Assembly: GCA_024280885.1 (NCBI GenBank)
Contig: JAJRPF010000020.1
Location: 24,697-88,696 of the forward strand
Length of the DNA: 64,000 bases
Source: Planctomycetota bacterium
GTDB taxonomy: Bacteria > Planctomycetota > JAJSAM01 > JAJVHW01
Direction: 5' to 3'
Shown here: positions 9,856 to 20,600 of the stretch, piece by piece
Layout of the letters: the number at the start of each line of letters is the position of its first letter
How positions within the stretch are numbered: position 1 is the first letter of the stretch
Program-made: the position numbers and the translations under genes
The notes under the pieces: model-generated
Told to the model about the DNA's origin: nothing
Database searches by the model: none
Seen by the model: the letters and a program-made list of their open reading frames with translations, nothing else

Positions 9856-11691
9856 GTGACACGTATTGTGCTCCGGGTCGGCGGTCTGCTTGCGGCGTGC
9901 CTACTCGGTGTCTTTGCGAGTCGGATACTCGGGCTCGACTGGTGGGTCGCTGCCCCTGCGGCCGCCGCGTGGTGGCTCATCCTCTCCGGGTCGGCGGGGC
10001 TCCTTCGAGCCCGCGTTACAGTGTATCGCCTGCGACACGAAGGGCCCAATGGACGCACCGCACGCGCGCTGTGCGCCGTGGCGGCGCTGGAAGACGTGGC
10101 GACTGGTGCGGCCGGGTTCACAGTGACAAGCGGCCGTTTGGCGGTGCTGGAGCACGTCGTCTTTCTGGGCCCGGCGCTGGGTCCGCGCCGGGGGGCCGTG
10201 CGCGATCGGCTCGGGGCGGCGATCCGGTCGGAGATCCAACGCTCGACGCCGCGCGCGCGCGCAGACGTCATCGCGGGCCTCGTTGCCGTTGTCGATGCCG
10301 CGGAGCGCGCGCTCTCGGCCCCGCTGGACGCGCTCTATCTCTCCGCCCCGACGATCTTGGCACGCCTCCGGATGGATACGCGCCGCCCGATCACGTCGGC
10401 GCGCCTGGCGGCGATCCTCTCGCGCCGCGACGCCGTCGTGCTCGCCGAGAGTCGGTCGTGGTCCAGGCGCCGCGCGCTCTACGATCCGCGGCACCCCGAG
10501 CAGGCGCTCGCCGTCCGGCTCCTCGCCGCGGGGTTTGGCAAAGCAGCGCTCGACGTGCTGCGGCTCGCGCCCGAAGGCGGGCGCGTGGATCGATTGCGTC
10601 GCCTGGCACGCAGTTGCTCGCTCCTGGCCGATGCCGATTCACGCGGCCTGCTCTCCCTGCCGCCGGCGGTTGTCGCCCGCTGGCATGCCGAACTGCTGTT
10701 GCTCGCCGGGCGGCGTCTGCCCGACCTGTCCCCGGACTCGCAGCTCATGAAGATCGTGCCCGGGGGCGCCGCCACGCTGGAGCGGGCGGTTGCGCGCACG
10801 CCCATCGCTGTCGCCGAGTTCGCAGAGCTTGCCCGGTCGTACCCGGAACTGCAGCGCTCCATTGCCACAGTGGTCGCGCGCATCGTCGGCTGGCCGATCG
10901 GGAGCGTGGTCACGGCGATGCGCGAGAGAACGCTGTCGGCGCGCCCCGACGCCGCATTGCGTTCGCATCTGCGCGGGCTCGCGCTGATCGAAGAACGGCG
11001 GGCTTCCGAGGCCGCGGCCGAGTTCGAGGCAGCCCTTTCGCAGGCGCCCGACTTCGCACAGGCGGCATTCGCCCTCGCGACGATGCGGCGCCAAGCGGGG
11101 GATGCCGCCGGCGGAGAGAGCGTGCTGCGTGCGCTCGTGGATCGGCGTGCCACCGAACCCGAGCCGCTGCTCTTCCTGGCTCGCTATCTCTCCGCGATCG
11201 GCGAGCGCGAGCGCGCGCGGGCGGCGTTCGAGTCCGGTGTCCGGCGCTTCCCCGAGTACGTTCCGCTGCGCGTCGCCTTCGCGCAGGAGCTTGTCGCGTG
11301 GGGCTGCGGCGCCGAGGCCGCAACGCAGCTTGACGCAGCGCGTCGCGACCATCCCGACGAGCCGCGTCTGGCCCTGATGGCGGGGCGTACCCTCGCGGCC
11401 GAATCACGCCTTGACGATGCCGCTCGCGCGCTCGAGAAGGCCGCGCGCGGGCTCTCGGGACGCGAACGTGCCGAGGCGTGGTTCTGGCTCATGGGCGTGC
11501 GTCGGGAGCAGGGCGACCACACGACAGCGGAACGCATCGCGCGGCGCCTGATCGGCGCTCTCGGCGCCGGCCAGACCAGCCAGTTGGACGACGTCGCGGA
11601 CTACCTCGAGGAGCGCCACGACTTCCTTCGCGCACGCGAAGCCGCCGAGCGTGCGCGCCGTCTCCGCGGAAGCGGCGACGGCGCTTTCTAG
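9856..11691 (+). CDS. Membrane-anchored TPR-repeat protein
   Basis: Two N-terminal TM segments; Ala/Arg/Leu-rich TPR-like helices in the C-terminal half. Confidence 0.7.
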   Translation: MTRIVLRVGGLLAACLLGVFASRILGLDWWVAAPAAAAWWLILSGSAGLLRARVTVYRLRHEGPNGRTARALCAVAALEDVATGAAGFTVTSGRLAVLEHVVFLGPALGPRRGAVRDRLGAAIRSEIQRSTPRARADVIAGLVAVVDAAERALSAPLDALYLSAPTILARLRMDTRRPITSARLAAILSRRDAVVLAESRSWSRRRALYDPRHPEQALAVRLLAAGFGKAALDVLRLAPEGGRVDRLRRLARSCSLLADADSRGLLSLPPAVVARWHAELLLLAGRRLPDLSPDSQLMKIVPGGAATLERAVARTPIAVAEFAELARSYPELQRSIATVVARIVGWPIGSVVTAMRERTLSARPDAALRSHLRGLALIEERRASEAAAEFEAALSQAPDFAQAAFALATMRRQAGDAAGGESVLRALVDRRATEPEPLLFLARYLSAIGERERARAAFESGVRRFPEYVPLRVAFAQELVAWGCGAEAATQLDAARRDHPDEPRLALMAGRTLAAESRLDDAARALEKAARGLSGRERAEAWFWLMGVRREQGDHTTAERIARRLIGALGAGQTSQLDDVADYLEERHDFLRAREAAERARRLRGSGDGAF

Positions 11692-11742
11692 CGCAATCCC
11701 GCACGCGCTCGTGCCGCGTCAAGCCGGAACTCCACGCGCCGA

Positions 11743-13029
11743 TCAGCGCGAACGCAGGTACGCGTGCGCTGCCGCCGCGCGCAGGCTCTGTGTCGTCAGG
11801 TCACGACCGGGCATGCCCTCGCGATCCTTCATCGCTGCTGCTGCATCGACCGCCTTCTTGAAGCGCGGATCGCGCGCCAGCCCCCGGCGGGCCACTTCGT
11901 TCAGAAGGTCAACGGCCATCTCGCCGTCGCCCTTCATTGCGTTGATGACCTCCGTGGCCAGCAATGCGGCGGCCGCGGCTGTGCGGTCGTTGTCGCCGAG
12001 GACCCACAGCGCATACGTGGCCGTGTCCGGGTCGAGGTCCGGATCCTTGGCGAGCCAGCCCTCGATCAGTGCGCGCGCGTCGGCGGCGCCGGGGCCACTG
12101 CGGTAGATCTCGACCAGCGAGTTGCAAGCCGCTGTGAACTCGAACTCCGCGTTCCCTTCGGCCAGCGCCTTCGCGACGCTCCGCCTGATGTACGGAACCG
12201 CGTCCGTGGCGCCCTCGACCGCAAAGCCGTCGATGATCTCCCAACCGCTGGCGTCACCGTCGACGAGCGCATCGGCGGCCTCTCCGCCACGCGCGTCGTT
12301 CGTCATGAGCATGGCGACGACGGCGGTCGCGCGGACCATGTCGTCGTTCTCGGCGTCGCCCGCGATGTCGGAAAGATGTTCGGCCGCCGCCGGACTGCGG
12401 CGCTTCGCGAGTGTCTCGAGCGCCATCATAGCGACCTCGTCATCGAAGCTGATCGTCAGTCGTGCGAGCAGTCGCTCGGCGTCCCCCCGCTGCGCGCCCT
12501 CGATGCGAGAGAGCGCCGCCGCCAGGTGGGGCACCTCTTCCTCTTCGTCGATGAGCACGCGCGCGAGGTCGAGTGCCGTGGACGCGACACTCTGGTCGCC
12601 CGACGCGAGCAGCATCTCCAACCCGAGTGCGGCCGCGTCCGGGTCGTCGTACTCGCCGTCGGTCTGTGCGAGGAGTTCGATGCGGATCGCATCAAGGGCG
12701 GCCTTGTTCTTCAACTCGACGAGGTAGAGCAGCGTGTTGCGCGAAGCCTCGCTCGCCTCGAGTTCACCCATGACGGAGCTCAGCACGCGCTCTGCCTCGG
12801 CGTCGGTGAGTGGCGGTGCGTCCGGCAGCTTCGGCGCCTGGATGCGCGGCGGCACCTGGCGCGGAGTGCGCTCTCGGTTGCGGTCGCTGCCCGAGTCCGT
12901 CTTCGCGCTCGTGACAGCCCCCTGTGAGCCGTCGGTCTCCTCGGCATCGTCACCACAACCCGCGAGCGGCAGCGCCAGGGCGGCGGCGAGCGGAAGAACG
13001 AGGAAGAGGGGGGAAGCGGAACGCCGCAT
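11743..13029 (-). CDS. HEAT-repeat-like lipoprotein
   Basis: Lipobox LAG-C, GGAG RBS, alpha-helical repeats. Confidence 0.7.
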   Translation of the reverse strand: MRRSASPLFLVLPLAAALALPLAGCGDDAEETDGSQGAVTSAKTDSGSDRNRERTPRQVPPRIQAPKLPDAPPLTDAEAERVLSSVMGELEASEASRNTLLYLVELKNKAALDAIRIELLAQTDGEYDDPDAAALGLEMLLASGDQSVASTALDLARVLIDEEEEVPHLAAALSRIEGAQRGDAERLLARLTISFDDEVAMMALETLAKRRSPAAAEHLSDIAGDAENDDMVRATAVVAMLMTNDARGGEAADALVDGDASGWEIIDGFAVEGATDAVPYIRRSVAKALAEGNAEFEFTAACNSLVEIYRSGPGAADARALIEGWLAKDPDLDPDTATYALWVLGDNDRTAAAAALLATEVINAMKGDGEMAVDLLNEVARRGLARDPRFKKAVDAAAAMKDREGMPGRDLTTQSLRAAAAHAYLRSR

Positions 13030-13083
13030 GGGAGTCTCCGGGGTAGGGGAGTGGGATCGGGACCCCTCAATCTACGTCCCGCG

Positions 13084-13187
13084 GCGATACGGAGTCAGGA
13101 CAGTTTCGGCGGAGTTCGGTGGTTGACCCTCGCCATGTCGAAGCCGCTGCTCCGAACTCTGCCGAAACTGTCCTGGCTCCGCATCTC
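13084..13187. repeat. REPIN/MITE-like palindrome, copy 1
   Basis: GCGATACGGAGTCAGGACAGTTTCGGCGGAGTTCGG ... CCGAACTCTGCCGAAACTGTCCTGGCTCCGCATCTC; abuts the stop codon at 13188. Confidence 0.9.
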
Positions 13188-14756
13188 TCAGCGCTTGCCG
13201 CTCGTCACGCCGGGCCAATCGTCGGTGCGGAACGGAGATGCCGGAAGACCCGCGGCGTTCTCGAGGTTGCACTCCGGATTGTCGGCCCAGGCGTAGCGCA
13301 CGGCGACCGGCTTGCGGATCTCGGGATGACTGCACACGACGGTGTCGCCGTCAACGCGCGCCGCCGCCCAACGGAACTTCCGGTCCTTGCCCGCGATCGC
13401 GAAGCCGATGAGTTCTTCGCCATCGCGACGTCGCAATCCGTCGGCGTGCGAGAACTCCAAGACGATCGACGAGCCTTTCACGCGGTGGCCGACCAGGCGC
13501 GGCCCGGAGAACTCCGGGACAGCGTCTGCGAGATCTGCTGCGTAGTCCTGCGCGAGTGCTGCGAGTGCGAGTCGGCGTCCGACCTCGGCCTTGTTGCGCG
13601 GATGGATGTTATTCGCCGCGCCGATGTCGATGGCGACGGCCATCGCGGTGTGGGGGAGTTCGAGTGCCGCCCGCTGCGCGTCGCGCAATTCCGCCCACGT
13701 ACTCTCCGCCGGCTCCGGCTTCACCGCGTGGAAGTTCGCGAGTTGCACGAAGTAGAAGCGCAGGTCCGGGCGTTCGAAGCCCTCGCGCCACGCCTCGATC
13801 ATGCGTGCGAAGAGTACGCGGTACTGCTCCGCGCGACTCGCGTTCGATTCGCCCTGATACCAGATGACGCCGCGCGCGCCGAAGCGCGCGATCGGAGCGA
13901 TCATCCCATTCCAGAGACCGGCGGCGCGATGCGGGTGCTGCGGCCCGCGCGGCGGTCCGGGCCGGCGCGGTGGCTTCTTGCCCGCGACCCGCGCCGCTTC
14001 CGCCGCCGTCTTCCACTTCGCAACGCGCGCGTCATACGCCTTCTTCGCGTTGGGCCAGTTCGCGAGCGCCTGCTCCCAGCGCGTCAGTATGGGAGCCAGC
14101 ACGGGCTCCTTCTGCGCGCTGTCATCGAGCGCCGAGAGCGGCGTCCAGGCCTCCGCTGGCGTGCCGCCCCAGGAGGAGTGGATCAACCCGACCGGTACGC
14201 CGAGTCGCGCGCGTAACTGCTTGCCGAAGTGATACGCGACCGCACTGAACCCGGGTACGGACTCCGGCGCCGCGAGCACCCACTTGCCCTTGACATCATC
14301 CGCCGGCTCGCCCATCACGCGGCGGGGGACGGTGAAGAGACGCAGTTCCGTGTCGCTTGCCGCCGCGATCGCCTCGTCCGCACCATCGGTCTGCCGCAGC
14401 GGCCATTGCATGTTGGACTGGCCCGAGCAGATCCAGACCTCGCCGACGCAGACATCTTGAAGCGTGAGCGTGTTCTTGCCGACGATCGCGAGCGAGAGAC
14501 CCGCAGCCGCGTCGAATGGCCCGAGTGTGACGCTCCACTTACCGTCGTCCGCCGCACGCGTCTTCTCGGTCTGCTCAGCGAACGTGACGCTGACCTCTTC
14601 GCCCGCATCCGCCGTGCCCCAGATCGCGACCTTCTCGTCGCGCTGCAGGACCATGTGATCGCCGAAGACCCCAGCGACCTCGACGTCCGCGCGCGCCGCC
14701 CCCGCAAGAACGCAGCACGCTGTCAGTACCCCCACCGCCGTCGCGTTGATCTTCAT
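13188..14756 (-). CDS. Sialate O-acetylesterase (SGNH/SASA family), secreted
   Basis: FGDHMVLQR, GEVWICSGQSNM, GVIWYQGESNA, IHPRNK, AVRYAW, GLPASPFRTD motifs. Confidence 0.92.
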   Translation of the reverse strand: MKINATAVGVLTACCVLAGAARADVEVAGVFGDHMVLQRDEKVAIWGTADAGEEVSVTFAEQTEKTRAADDGKWSVTLGPFDAAAGLSLAIVGKNTLTLQDVCVGEVWICSGQSNMQWPLRQTDGADEAIAAASDTELRLFTVPRRVMGEPADDVKGKWVLAAPESVPGFSAVAYHFGKQLRARLGVPVGLIHSSWGGTPAEAWTPLSALDDSAQKEPVLAPILTRWEQALANWPNAKKAYDARVAKWKTAAEAARVAGKKPPRRPGPPRGPQHPHRAAGLWNGMIAPIARFGARGVIWYQGESNASRAEQYRVLFARMIEAWREGFERPDLRFYFVQLANFHAVKPEPAESTWAELRDAQRAALELPHTAMAVAIDIGAANNIHPRNKAEVGRRLALAALAQDYAADLADAVPEFSGPRLVGHRVKGSSIVLEFSHADGLRRRDGEELIGFAIAGKDRKFRWAAARVDGDTVVCSHPEIRKPVAVRYAWADNPECNLENAAGLPASPFRTDDWPGVTSGKR

Positions 14757-14779
14757 ATCACCAGGCTACGCGAGACCCG

Positions 14780-14882
14780 GAGACATGGAGTTAGGACAAC
14801 TTCGGCAGAGTTCGGAGAGAGCCGTGGCGCTTGCGTTACCGATGCTCCGAACTCTGCCGAAGTTGTCCTGACTCCGTATCGC
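14780..14882. repeat. REPIN/MITE-like palindrome, copy 2
   Basis: GGAGTTAGGACAACTTCGGCAGAGTTCGGAG ... CTCCGAACTCTGCCGAAGTTGTCCTGACTCCGTATCGC. Confidence 0.9.
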
Positions 14883-15012
14883 CGTAGAAAACAAAATCGC
14901 GAACTCTCCGACGCAAGAGGGAATAGGCTCGCAGGCGTGGATCCACTGCGTGAGTTGGCGTGCAACGAAGTGCTCCGACTCCTTGCGGGATGCGCCAACG
15001 GCGCGATCAGAA

Positions 15013-17013
15013 ATGGTGCGATCGGAGGGTCCGGTGGATCGAACATCACGAGCCAAGTCGGTGTTGGTCTCGGCAGCGTTGGTTGCACTCGCTGTGGCCA
15101 CGTGCGCGATGCCGGCGATCTCCTTTGGGCACACGACCGACTGGGTCCCGGATGGCACGTTCGATGCCGCGGTCCGACGCGTTCGAGCTTCAGGTGCCAC
15201 GATCTGGGCGTGTTCTTCCACGTCCGGCCTCTTCACGTCGCCCACGGGATCGGAAGTGTGGACGTCATCCGGTGCGGGCGGAGCGGCGCCGTTCACGGCT
15301 TGGGATTGCGACGCGTCCGTCCCTGCGACCATGCTGGCGGCCGATCACCGGAGTCTCTATCGCTCGACGGATGGCGGGGGCTCGTGGACTTCGTGCGATT
15401 GGGCGACTGATCAGGACGCGCGGGTCCTGGACATCATGTTCCATCCCGCGACGTCTGGCCTCGTCTACATCGGGACCGATCGCGGCGTGTACAAGAGCGT
15501 GGACTCCGGGGTGTCCTGGACGCATCTGACCGCGGGCGCCGGCAGTGTCACGGTGACCTCTGTTGCCGGAGATCCGTCCGACAGCAGCGTCGTCATCGTC
15601 GCGTCCGCGAATGGTCCATACAAGAGCACCGATGGTGGTGCGACGTTCGTTCTGTGCGTCACCGGTCTCCCGGAGCCGGTGGTGCTGGAAGTGCAATTCG
15701 TGAGCGCATTGTCCGGTGTCGTCCTGGCTGGCACGGGGCAGGGGGTGTACCGCTCACGCGACGGCGGTCGGAGCTGGGCACCTGCATCTGGCGGTCCGAC
15801 GGGGACAGTCACCGACTTCGCGGAGCATGGGACGGGCTCGCTGTTCGCCACCTCGATCGGCGGTGGCGGGGTGTATCGCTCCAGCACTGGCGGCAGTTCC
15901 TGGACACGCGTGCGCGCAGGCGACGCTCTGAGCGTCTGCGTCACTGGTGCAGGCGATCTCATCGCGGCGCTCTCCGACGGTGCGATGGCCAGGTCCACGA
16001 ATCAAGGCTCCAGTTGGTCGTCGATCGCAGCGCCTGGGAGCGCGGGTTGCACAGGCCTGTCGGCTAATTTCGGTATCGGCGACGAAGTGTATGCCGTCAT
16101 TCGGGATCGGGCGCAGCGTGACTCCGCGCTGTGGAAGCGCGACGGCGCCACCTCGATCTGGACCGAGGTCGCTACCGGGCACGAAGCCGGTGACGGTCCT
16201 GCAAGAGTCGCATGCAGTCGACGGGCTTCGGAGGAGGTGTGGGTTCTCGCAGGCGGGTCTCATTTTGGCACGGGCACCTTGGATTGTCGGCGCTCCGTCG
16301 ATGCTGCGTCGAGTTGGAGGTCTTCCGGTTGGAGCAGGGGTTTCTGTGTGCCACACGCCATCGCCACGTCGAGTAACGACGCCCTGGTGACGCTCGCCGC
16401 GCGCCACGGTTCGGGCATGCCGTGGATCAACTCCACGCTGGGCCTGAGTGGAAGCGACGGGAATGGAGGTGTCGCGTGGGCGGACGTGACCCCCAGACTT
16501 GCCGGGGTCGTCCTGCACCTCAACGATGTCGAGATCCGTGGCGGGACGACGCAGCAACTCTGGGCGGCAGGCGGTACCGTGTTGGACACGAACGGCGCTT
16601 CCGACACTTCCTGGGCGGTCGTCAGGTCGGACGACGATGGAGTCGGGTGGACCGATGTGAGCCCAGCCGGTGTCGGGTCGGCGGTGCTCTGCGTCAGTCA
16701 CGACGGCGACGATGGTGCGCGTGTACTGGTTGGAACCATGTCCAACGGGGTTCAGTTCAGCGGGGACAACGGATCGACGTGGCAGACTCGGGGTCTCACC
16801 AACACGACGGTTCACGATCTCCACGTGACCACCGCCGGACGCTGCTACGCAGCCACAAGTGCCGGGCCGTTCTATTCCGACGATTGGGGGCAGAACTGGT
16901 CGGCGCTCGGCGCGGCGCTGGACGGCAAGCCCGTAACTTCGATCGTCGCGTCAGGAGACCACGTGTACGCGGGCGTCAACGGGCGTGGCGTCTGGTCGAT
17001 TGACTCCCCATAG
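15013..17013 (+). CDS. Secreted BNR/Asp-box repeat beta-propeller protein (VPS10/YCF48-like)
   Basis: Many SxDGGxxW Asp-boxes; signal-peptide-like N-terminus; start uncertain (14950 or 15013). Confidence 0.8.
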   Translation: MVRSEGPVDRTSRAKSVLVSAALVALAVATCAMPAISFGHTTDWVPDGTFDAAVRRVRASGATIWACSSTSGLFTSPTGSEVWTSSGAGGAAPFTAWDCDASVPATMLAADHRSLYRSTDGGGSWTSCDWATDQDARVLDIMFHPATSGLVYIGTDRGVYKSVDSGVSWTHLTAGAGSVTVTSVAGDPSDSSVVIVASANGPYKSTDGGATFVLCVTGLPEPVVLEVQFVSALSGVVLAGTGQGVYRSRDGGRSWAPASGGPTGTVTDFAEHGTGSLFATSIGGGGVYRSSTGGSSWTRVRAGDALSVCVTGAGDLIAALSDGAMARSTNQGSSWSSIAAPGSAGCTGLSANFGIGDEVYAVIRDRAQRDSALWKRDGATSIWTEVATGHEAGDGPARVACSRRASEEVWVLAGGSHFGTGTLDCRRSVDAASSWRSSGWSRGFCVPHAIATSSNDALVTLAARHGSGMPWINSTLGLSGSDGNGGVAWADVTPRLAGVVLHLNDVEIRGGTTQQLWAAGGTVLDTNGASDTSWAVVRSDDDGVGWTDVSPAGVGSAVLCVSHDGDDGARVLVGTMSNGVQFSGDNGSTWQTRGLTNTTVHDLHVTTAGRCYAATSAGPFYSDDWGQNWSALGAALDGKPVTSIVASGDHVYAGVNGRGVWSIDSP

Positions 17014-17222
17014 CCCGGACCATTCATGAGGGGCGCGTGACCTCTGCGCCGCGCGGGCGCTGACGTGCGTTCGGCGGGCCTGCCGCGCGACATGCCACGA
17101 CGAGACGATGAGGGAGATCCTTGGCGGCCGCCGCGATGCGAATGCCGCGTTCCGCGACTTGAGGTGAGGGGCTGGCCCGGCACGTCCGGTTCACGGAGCG
17201 CGTCCTCGGCGTCGCCGCGCGA

Positions 17223-17510
17223 TCAGTAGATCTCGCGGTAGTAGTCCGTCTCGCCGTGACCGAGTTCGTCGTTCAACAGGCTTTGCTGGCTGCGGTGTCT
17301 GACGTCCGCGGCGAAGCCGCCGAAGATGAACGCGCCGACGACGATCGGTACGACCACGATCGTCTTGCCGACGGTCGCTGGGAGCGAGTCGTCGGACTGG
17401 TACTCCAGCGACGTGCACGCAGGCAGGAAGGCGACCGCGAAGGCCATCACGAGGGCTGAGAGGCGTGCCGAGGGCATGCGGCATGTCGCGGGGCGAGTGC
17501 TCGTTCGCAT
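17223..17510 (-). CDS. Small predicted lipoprotein with an additional TM segment
   Basis: LPA-C lipobox, hydrophobic IVVVPIVVGAFIFGGF; start may be 17477. Confidence 0.55.
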   Translation of the reverse strand: MRTSTRPATCRMPSARLSALVMAFAVAFLPACTSLEYQSDDSLPATVGKTIVVVPIVVGAFIFGGFAADVRHRSQQSLLNDELGHGETDYYREIY

Positions 17511-17657
17511 CGCATCATTGTCGCGCGCGAAGCGCGAGAGGGGACCCCTGTTCTCGAAAACTCGGCGTCAGCGCGGTTTCGTGACTCCCACGACACGTGG
17601 AGTGGCTCCGTCTCGTTCCAGCGCGCGCCCGGGGATCGACGCCAGCCCCGCGGCGCC

Positions 17658-20600
17658 TCAGCGTGCGCGGTACTCGATCTTCGCCTGCTCGGCGTCGTCG
17701 ATGCCTTTGCACCAGGCGATGAAGCCGTCGTATTGCTCCGCCGTGTAGCGGGCTGGCTGGAGGTGTCGTTCGCGGCGCACGGTCAGGGTGGTGCCGACGA
17801 GTCGGTAGGTGAGTGAGTACGTGCCGAGTTCGCTCACGGCCAGGTGATCCGCGGGGAGGTGGGCGATCTCGAAGGCGTCGCCCAACTCGACGGTGTACCC
17901 GTCCATGTTGTCGTCACGCACGTTCAGGATCAGGTCGTAGACGCGCTCGGGGCGGTGGACGTAGGTGCCCGTCATATTCGAACTCGGCAGCCCGAGTCCC
18001 GCGACGAAGCGATCGCTCTGCGGCGAGAGGTACTGCGGCATCGTGCCCTTCAGGTGGATCGTGAGCGGCTCGCCGCGCGTCTCCACTCCGGGGAACGCGA
18101 AGTCCGAGAGAGTCGGGCTTGCGAAGTAGCCGGAGAGTTGCCCCTCGGCGAACTTGCGGCGGTCATCCTGCGGCATCTCTTCTAGACGTCGCTTGAAACC
18201 GAAGCCGCCGCCGCTGCGGTAGACGACATCGCCGGCGACCGCTGTTGACTCGGCGTCGGCGCCGAGCGTGATCGTGAACTGCGCGCTGTTGTCCATGCGC
18301 CCGCCGCCCGCGGGAAGGACGATGATCTCGCCACCGTCGGCCGACGCGAGGAACGCGTAGCTGCCGCGATACCCGACCGGGACCAGCCCGAAGGGGGCGT
18401 GGCGTGCGCCCATGAATAACGGGATCGGCGCGGCGTCGCTCGGTCGCAGGTAGAGGAACGGCGCATTGAAGACCGACGAGGTCGGTCGCGTGAGATCACG
18501 CGCGTGGCCCCGCCATGCCATGGCGCGGCCCAGCGTGTAGGGGACGCCTGCCTCGCGGATCATGGCCTCGAAGAGCTGCCCGCGATCGCCGGCCTTCTCG
18601 AGCAGGATGGCTGCCGCGCTGCCGCCCATGCCGAACTCGCCCGTGATCTCTGTGTTCACGAAATCGAAGATCGCGCGCAGCTTTGCGCTGTCGCCCATCT
18701 CCGGTGCGACCACGCGCCCGACCGCTTCGCGCAGGATGGGGCTTGTTCGCGAGTCGTCGCGTCCCGCGAGCAACTCCCAGTTCGCATCGTCCATCGACGG
18801 CGCAGGGGAGTAGTCCACGTAGGGCACGATCTCTTCCTTCTCCGGCATGCCCTGTTCCCACTCGATGCGGGGCATGTCACGCTGCTCGAAGATGGTCGCG
18901 ACCTTGCCGTCGAACTCGACGACCTCGGTGTCGGCCTCGTAGTTGCGCTTCTCGTACGCGGGAACATTGTCGGCGTCGGCGATCACGACGTAGCGCGAGT
19001 GCAGCACCGGATTCGGCTCCTTCCGGAATTCGAAGTCCTGGAAGAAAAACTGCCCGGCCTCGAAGCCCTTGCGTCCCGCGCGCTGATGGACGAGGAAGCG
19101 ATGCTCGATGATCACACCGGGCACCAACCCCTCCATGTTGTAGTTGCGTCCGCGGAGGCCGGTCGGCTTCATGACCTTGCCGTCGGGCAGGATCGCGCGG
19201 ATGCCGAGCAACTCGCCGGAGTTCGAGACGTCGCCGTACTTCTGGACGCCCTTCTCGTTCATGATCTTGTAGAGCATGTGCACGATCGTGCTTGCCGAAC
19301 CGTCCGGATGCACGGTGACGACGGAGTGGTCGAGCAGAGTGATCGCGACGGCCTTCGGGTACGCCTTCTTCAACTCCTCGTCGGTGGGGAGCTCCGCGAT
19401 GATCTGCTCGACGTTCGGCTCCCAGCGCTGCGCGAAATCCTCCACGCCGCCGCGAAGCCTGGTCAGCGAGCGCCAGAGTCGCGGCTGATACCCGCGGAGC
19501 GCCAGACTGCGCTCGTAGGCCGTGATCGCCTCGTCGGTCTTGCCCTGCAACTCCAGGATCTCGCCCTCTTCGCGCGGGTTCGTCTCTTCGTCCGGGACGA
19601 GCAGCGCGAGCCCGCGCCAGATGGCGAGGCTCTCGTCGAGCCGGCCCAGATTGCGCAGGATGCCAGCCTTCTGTCGGCGATAGCCGAGTGACGCCTGCCA
19701 ACGATCGGAGAGTTCCTGGATCGCGGCGAGTGCCTCGTCGTCCTTGCCCCGTGCGCGCAGGTTGCGGATCAGCTGGCTGAGCGCCGTCGAGTCTCCGGCG
19801 TTGATATCGATCAGCCGCCGCATGCGCTTGGCGTGCTGCTCGTTGTTGCCGTATTGCTTGTCGTAGGCGGCGAGGAAGCGGATCGGTGTGGCGCTATTCG
19901 GTGCGATGGAGAGCGCGGCCTCGGCCGCGGCGATCGCCTCGCGCTCCCAGGTGCGTGCCTTCGAGATCTCGGCGATCGCCATCCAGGCCATGGCCGTCGG
20001 ATTCTTCGCGACGTACTCCTGCAGCGCGTTGACGGCGGCGTCGGGTCGGTCGTCGTCGTTCTCGTAGCGTGCGAGGCGCAGCGTCGCGGAGTGATGGTCC
20101 GGAAACGCGGCCAACGCGGCCTTGAAACTCGCCTTCGCGCGCAGCTTGCGCTGGATCGGTGGCAGTTCGCTGAACGTCGCGAGAAAGCGCCCGTACGCGG
20201 CGAGCAGGTTTGCCTGCACGGTCTTGTCGAGTGCGGGCGCCGCTGCTGCGGCTTGCACGAAGAGCGTGTAGGCCTGCCACTCGCGGCCTTCGTCCGAGAG
20301 CAGGAGTGCCGCTGCGGCTGCAGCTTGCGCGTCGCCTGAGGTGGCGGCAATGGCCGCTCCTCGCTCCGCTGCGGTCTTGAACGTGCGCGCGTCCGGGGCG
20401 CCCATCGACTTCGGTTCGGCGGCGGTCATCAGCGGATCACCGGCCTCGATGTCGAGTACGGCGGCACCGGTGGCGACGTCGGCGAGCTTGACGGCGAAGC
20501 GACCGCCTCCGGCGATCTTCACCAGGATGCGGTTCCAGCCGGCCTCGAGGCGTGCCGTGGTCCATACGGGACTCGGGACGCGATCCTGCTCGCGGTCTGC

